Shown: positions 36,071-38,312 of the stretch, in pieces
Layout: each line of letters starts with the position of its first letter
Numbering within the stretch: the first letter of the stretch is position 1
Program-made: the position numbers and the translations under genes
Source of the DNA: Hydrurus foetidus
Taxonomy: Eukaryota
NCBI GenBank assembly: GCA_900617105.1
Contig: UYFQ01000710.1
Span: forward strand, 124,001-162,312
Length of the DNA: 38,312 nt
Direction of reading: 5' to 3'
Notes under the pieces: generated by a model
Told to the model about the DNA's origin: nothing
The model's input: the letters and a program-made list of their open reading frames with translations, nothing else
The model's database searches: none

Positions 36071-37410
36071 AGTTTTTTTTGCTTTCCTCTACCACCCCCC
36101 TGGTTACCCTGGTTACCATAACCAGATTGGTTCTGGGAGTTTCCTCCTTGACCCTGGTTGGAACGATCTGAACCATCCGAGGTGTTGGATTGGTTTCCAG
36201 AACCATGGCTGTTCTTGGCGCGCTTGTTGTCGTTACACATCAAGTAAGGTTTAGAACCTCTGGGGTAGAACTGAACTCGTTCCTCGTATCCAGGAAGGAC
36301 GAGGTTGAGTTGCCATTCAGAGTACCCCACCGCGGCCCAAGCCATCCCCACTGTAGAACTCTCCCACTCAACTTGGTGATTCGTGTTGGAGTCGGAGTAG
36401 TACAGGATGGGGCAGTCTGCCAAATTGTGTGACGTAGCTCCGCACGACCGGCACGGACGAAACATCGGTACGAGCGGTACTTCCGTGGAAGCACGGACAG
36501 AGAGTCCGTGCTGCGTCGGTACGTACGAGCTAGGGGTACGCACAGTAGCAGTGACTGATCTCGACGAAGCGGAGGGTGTAGGTGAGGGTGCTTTAGCACT
36601 CGCTCTACTCGTCTCCTTCTTACCAACGTCTGGTGGAACTGCTGATGCAGGAAACGAGTACACCGTGTCCGGGTTGCCATAGCTTTTGATGAGGTTCATC
36701 ATTGCCCTAGCCTCGGCAAGAACCTGACCAATGCGTAGCATAGTCGAATACCACGTATGAGGTGGGGTATTGTCAGCAGCGTTCGCTTTCAGGTAATCCT
36801 GTTGGATTTGACTACCCTTGGCTAGGCGCTTCTCCAATATCAATATGAGCTCAGCATGCTGAGTCTCTGATAATGGTCCCTTAGACCTCTCATAAGTGCT
36901 CACAAGTTCGTTGTAACGTACGAATGTGGCATTCTCATGATCGTGGTTAGCGATCTGATAATGGAAGGGAACTTGGCTAAAGCTCTCTGCCAGAGTACAT
37001 TCTCCCAAACCATTTGGAGAGAAGTGCTTTATTATCAGTTTGGCTACCTGAAGTACCGACAATTTAGTCTGCCAATCATGGCGTTGTCGTCTATCGATGA
37101 TGTTAAATTCAGGATCGATCATGATCCTGAAATTAAGTAACTCGATTGCCTGCTTCTGCATGCAATCGGTTAGCTTCATCAACGGGTACCTCTGAGCCTG
37201 TTCGTAGAACTCAGTCGCATCAGCTTCATCAATGAAGTTATGCCTGAGGACGAACACCTCACCCTGGAGTTGCATCGTCGAGGGGAAAGCTGGGAACAGC
37301 GAGTTCGACATTGAGATAGTCGACTCGTTGAGCGCGGCTAAAGCTGCCAGACGTGCAATCTCCTCTTCGTCCGGATTCGGATCAGGGTTTGGATTAGGTG
37401 GTGATGACAT
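36070..37410 (-). CDS. Gag-like protein of retroelement B (zinc knuckle, Gly/Gln/Asn-rich tail), apparently truncated at the junction with element A
   Basis: Open from ATG 37410, with knuckle CRSCGATSHNLADC. Segment TLAESFSQVPFHYQIANHDHENAT aligns by eye with element A SFIETISQIALQYDLKNKSAEDKT. The last ~45 aa of the ORF track are antisense of element A. Confidence 0.8.
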
Positions 37411-38178
37411 GTCTAATCACTTGTCGATGTAAATCTCACTGAAAGTCAATGGAGATCGATAACCCCTGCTCAGAAAAATTTTCAAGAGCTTCGCCTCGTT
37501 CGCAAACGGGTACTGTAACGTCAGTAACAACGAATGAAGCAATTCTACCCAACTCTTGAACTTAAAAGTTCTATGGCGTGAAAGCCAAATTTAGAGTGGT
37601 AGAAAATCTGAGTGCCCGTTAAGGTCAAAGACGTTGCTCAACGTCGACAAAAAGAAGTCTCTAGACCAATCTTATGTCTCTGGTGATGAATCTGTGATTC
37701 GATCGACCAGCGGAGCAAGTCTAAAATGACTTTTGGGAAGGATAAATCAACTTCGACCAAAATGTCAAGTTTGGAAGAGCCCAATGCACGGGGATTCCAA
37801 GAAAGCAGTTAATCTGACTTTCTCTAACTTAGACTAGGTCTTCTGAGCCAATGGCTGCAGAAGAAAACGGCTCGAAAGTCGTTGAGCGGACGCTCAGAAG
37901 TCTTATCTACAGGTTGGGACGAGTAGACGGAATGAGAGGTAGCAGAGAAAAGAGTGGACTAATAGCGCTATTGTAGTCCGGATAGAGAATAGGTCGATGG
38001 AAGAAAGGTGTTAGTTAGTTACAGGCTACGAGCTAGAAGCTAGGATAACTTCTACGAGTAGGCTAGAGCTAGCTAGCAGCTGCGCTAGAGATGTATGTGT
38101 ACAGTAGGCGGTAGGATCGGATGGATCGGGACTAGGTCCGGTACGGCCCGTAGGCCCGGTATAGCCGGTCTGACCACA
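36070..38178 (-). mobile_element. LTR retrotransposon B, 5' part (putative LTR ~38178-37972, leader, gag)
   Basis: On the minus strand TGTGGTC (38178) ... GACTACA (37972) form TG..CA imperfect inverted termini. A pyrimidine-rich leader and gag follow. An alternative LTR start is TGAAGC at 38308. Boundaries are inferred. Confidence 0.6.
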
Positions 38179-38312
38179 GCAAGTGGATATAACGTGTGGC
38201 TGTCAGCCTAAGGAGAATTTGCTACCCTCCGACGGCTCCCCAAAAGTCGATCCTTTAACCCAAAAGGTGAAACCGGCAGTCACTCAAACACACGTTTTTC
38301 TAGCTTCACTAA

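Noticed and set aside
33882..38312. Single composite element with inverted LTRs (DIRS-like)
   Set aside because: The two putative LTRs are not similar to each other, no tyrosine recombinase or RT is visible, and no matching TSD lies at the right end.

Overview
Eukaryotic, intron-rich nuclear DNA, probably from an alga with a secondary plastid (inferred ochrophyte/chrysophyte-like, because it carries an HCF107/Mbb1-like gene with a bipartite-looking presequence). By hand-tracing splice sites and phases I find these host genes: a THOC5-like gene (-), an MgtE-type Mg2+ transporter (+), a small unknown 3-exon gene (-), a ~3,000-aa LRR/Ser-rich/Sfi1-like/coiled-coil gene (+), a 16-exon HAT/TPR HCF107/Mbb1-like gene (+), an APC4 gene (+, with a GC-AG intron) and an intron-containing tRNA-Ala(CGC). 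Mobile and repeated DNA includes two copies of a 163-178 bp hairpin MITE whose inter-copy differences are mirrored in both arms, a near-perfect 731 bp foldback element with a GGTTCC target duplication just downstream of the tRNA, and a frameshifted partial APC4 duplicate. That duplicate is interrupted by an LTR retrotransposon (gag-protease) fused tail-to-tail to a second, distantly related gag element. The most intriguing signal is that both retroelements lack a tRNA-type primer-binding site. Each instead carries a covarying 12-bp palindrome (AATATCGATATT / AATAGCGCTATT) at the putative LTR-leader junction, suggesting an unusual self- or dimer-priming mechanism. Gene identities come from motif recognition, not database searches.
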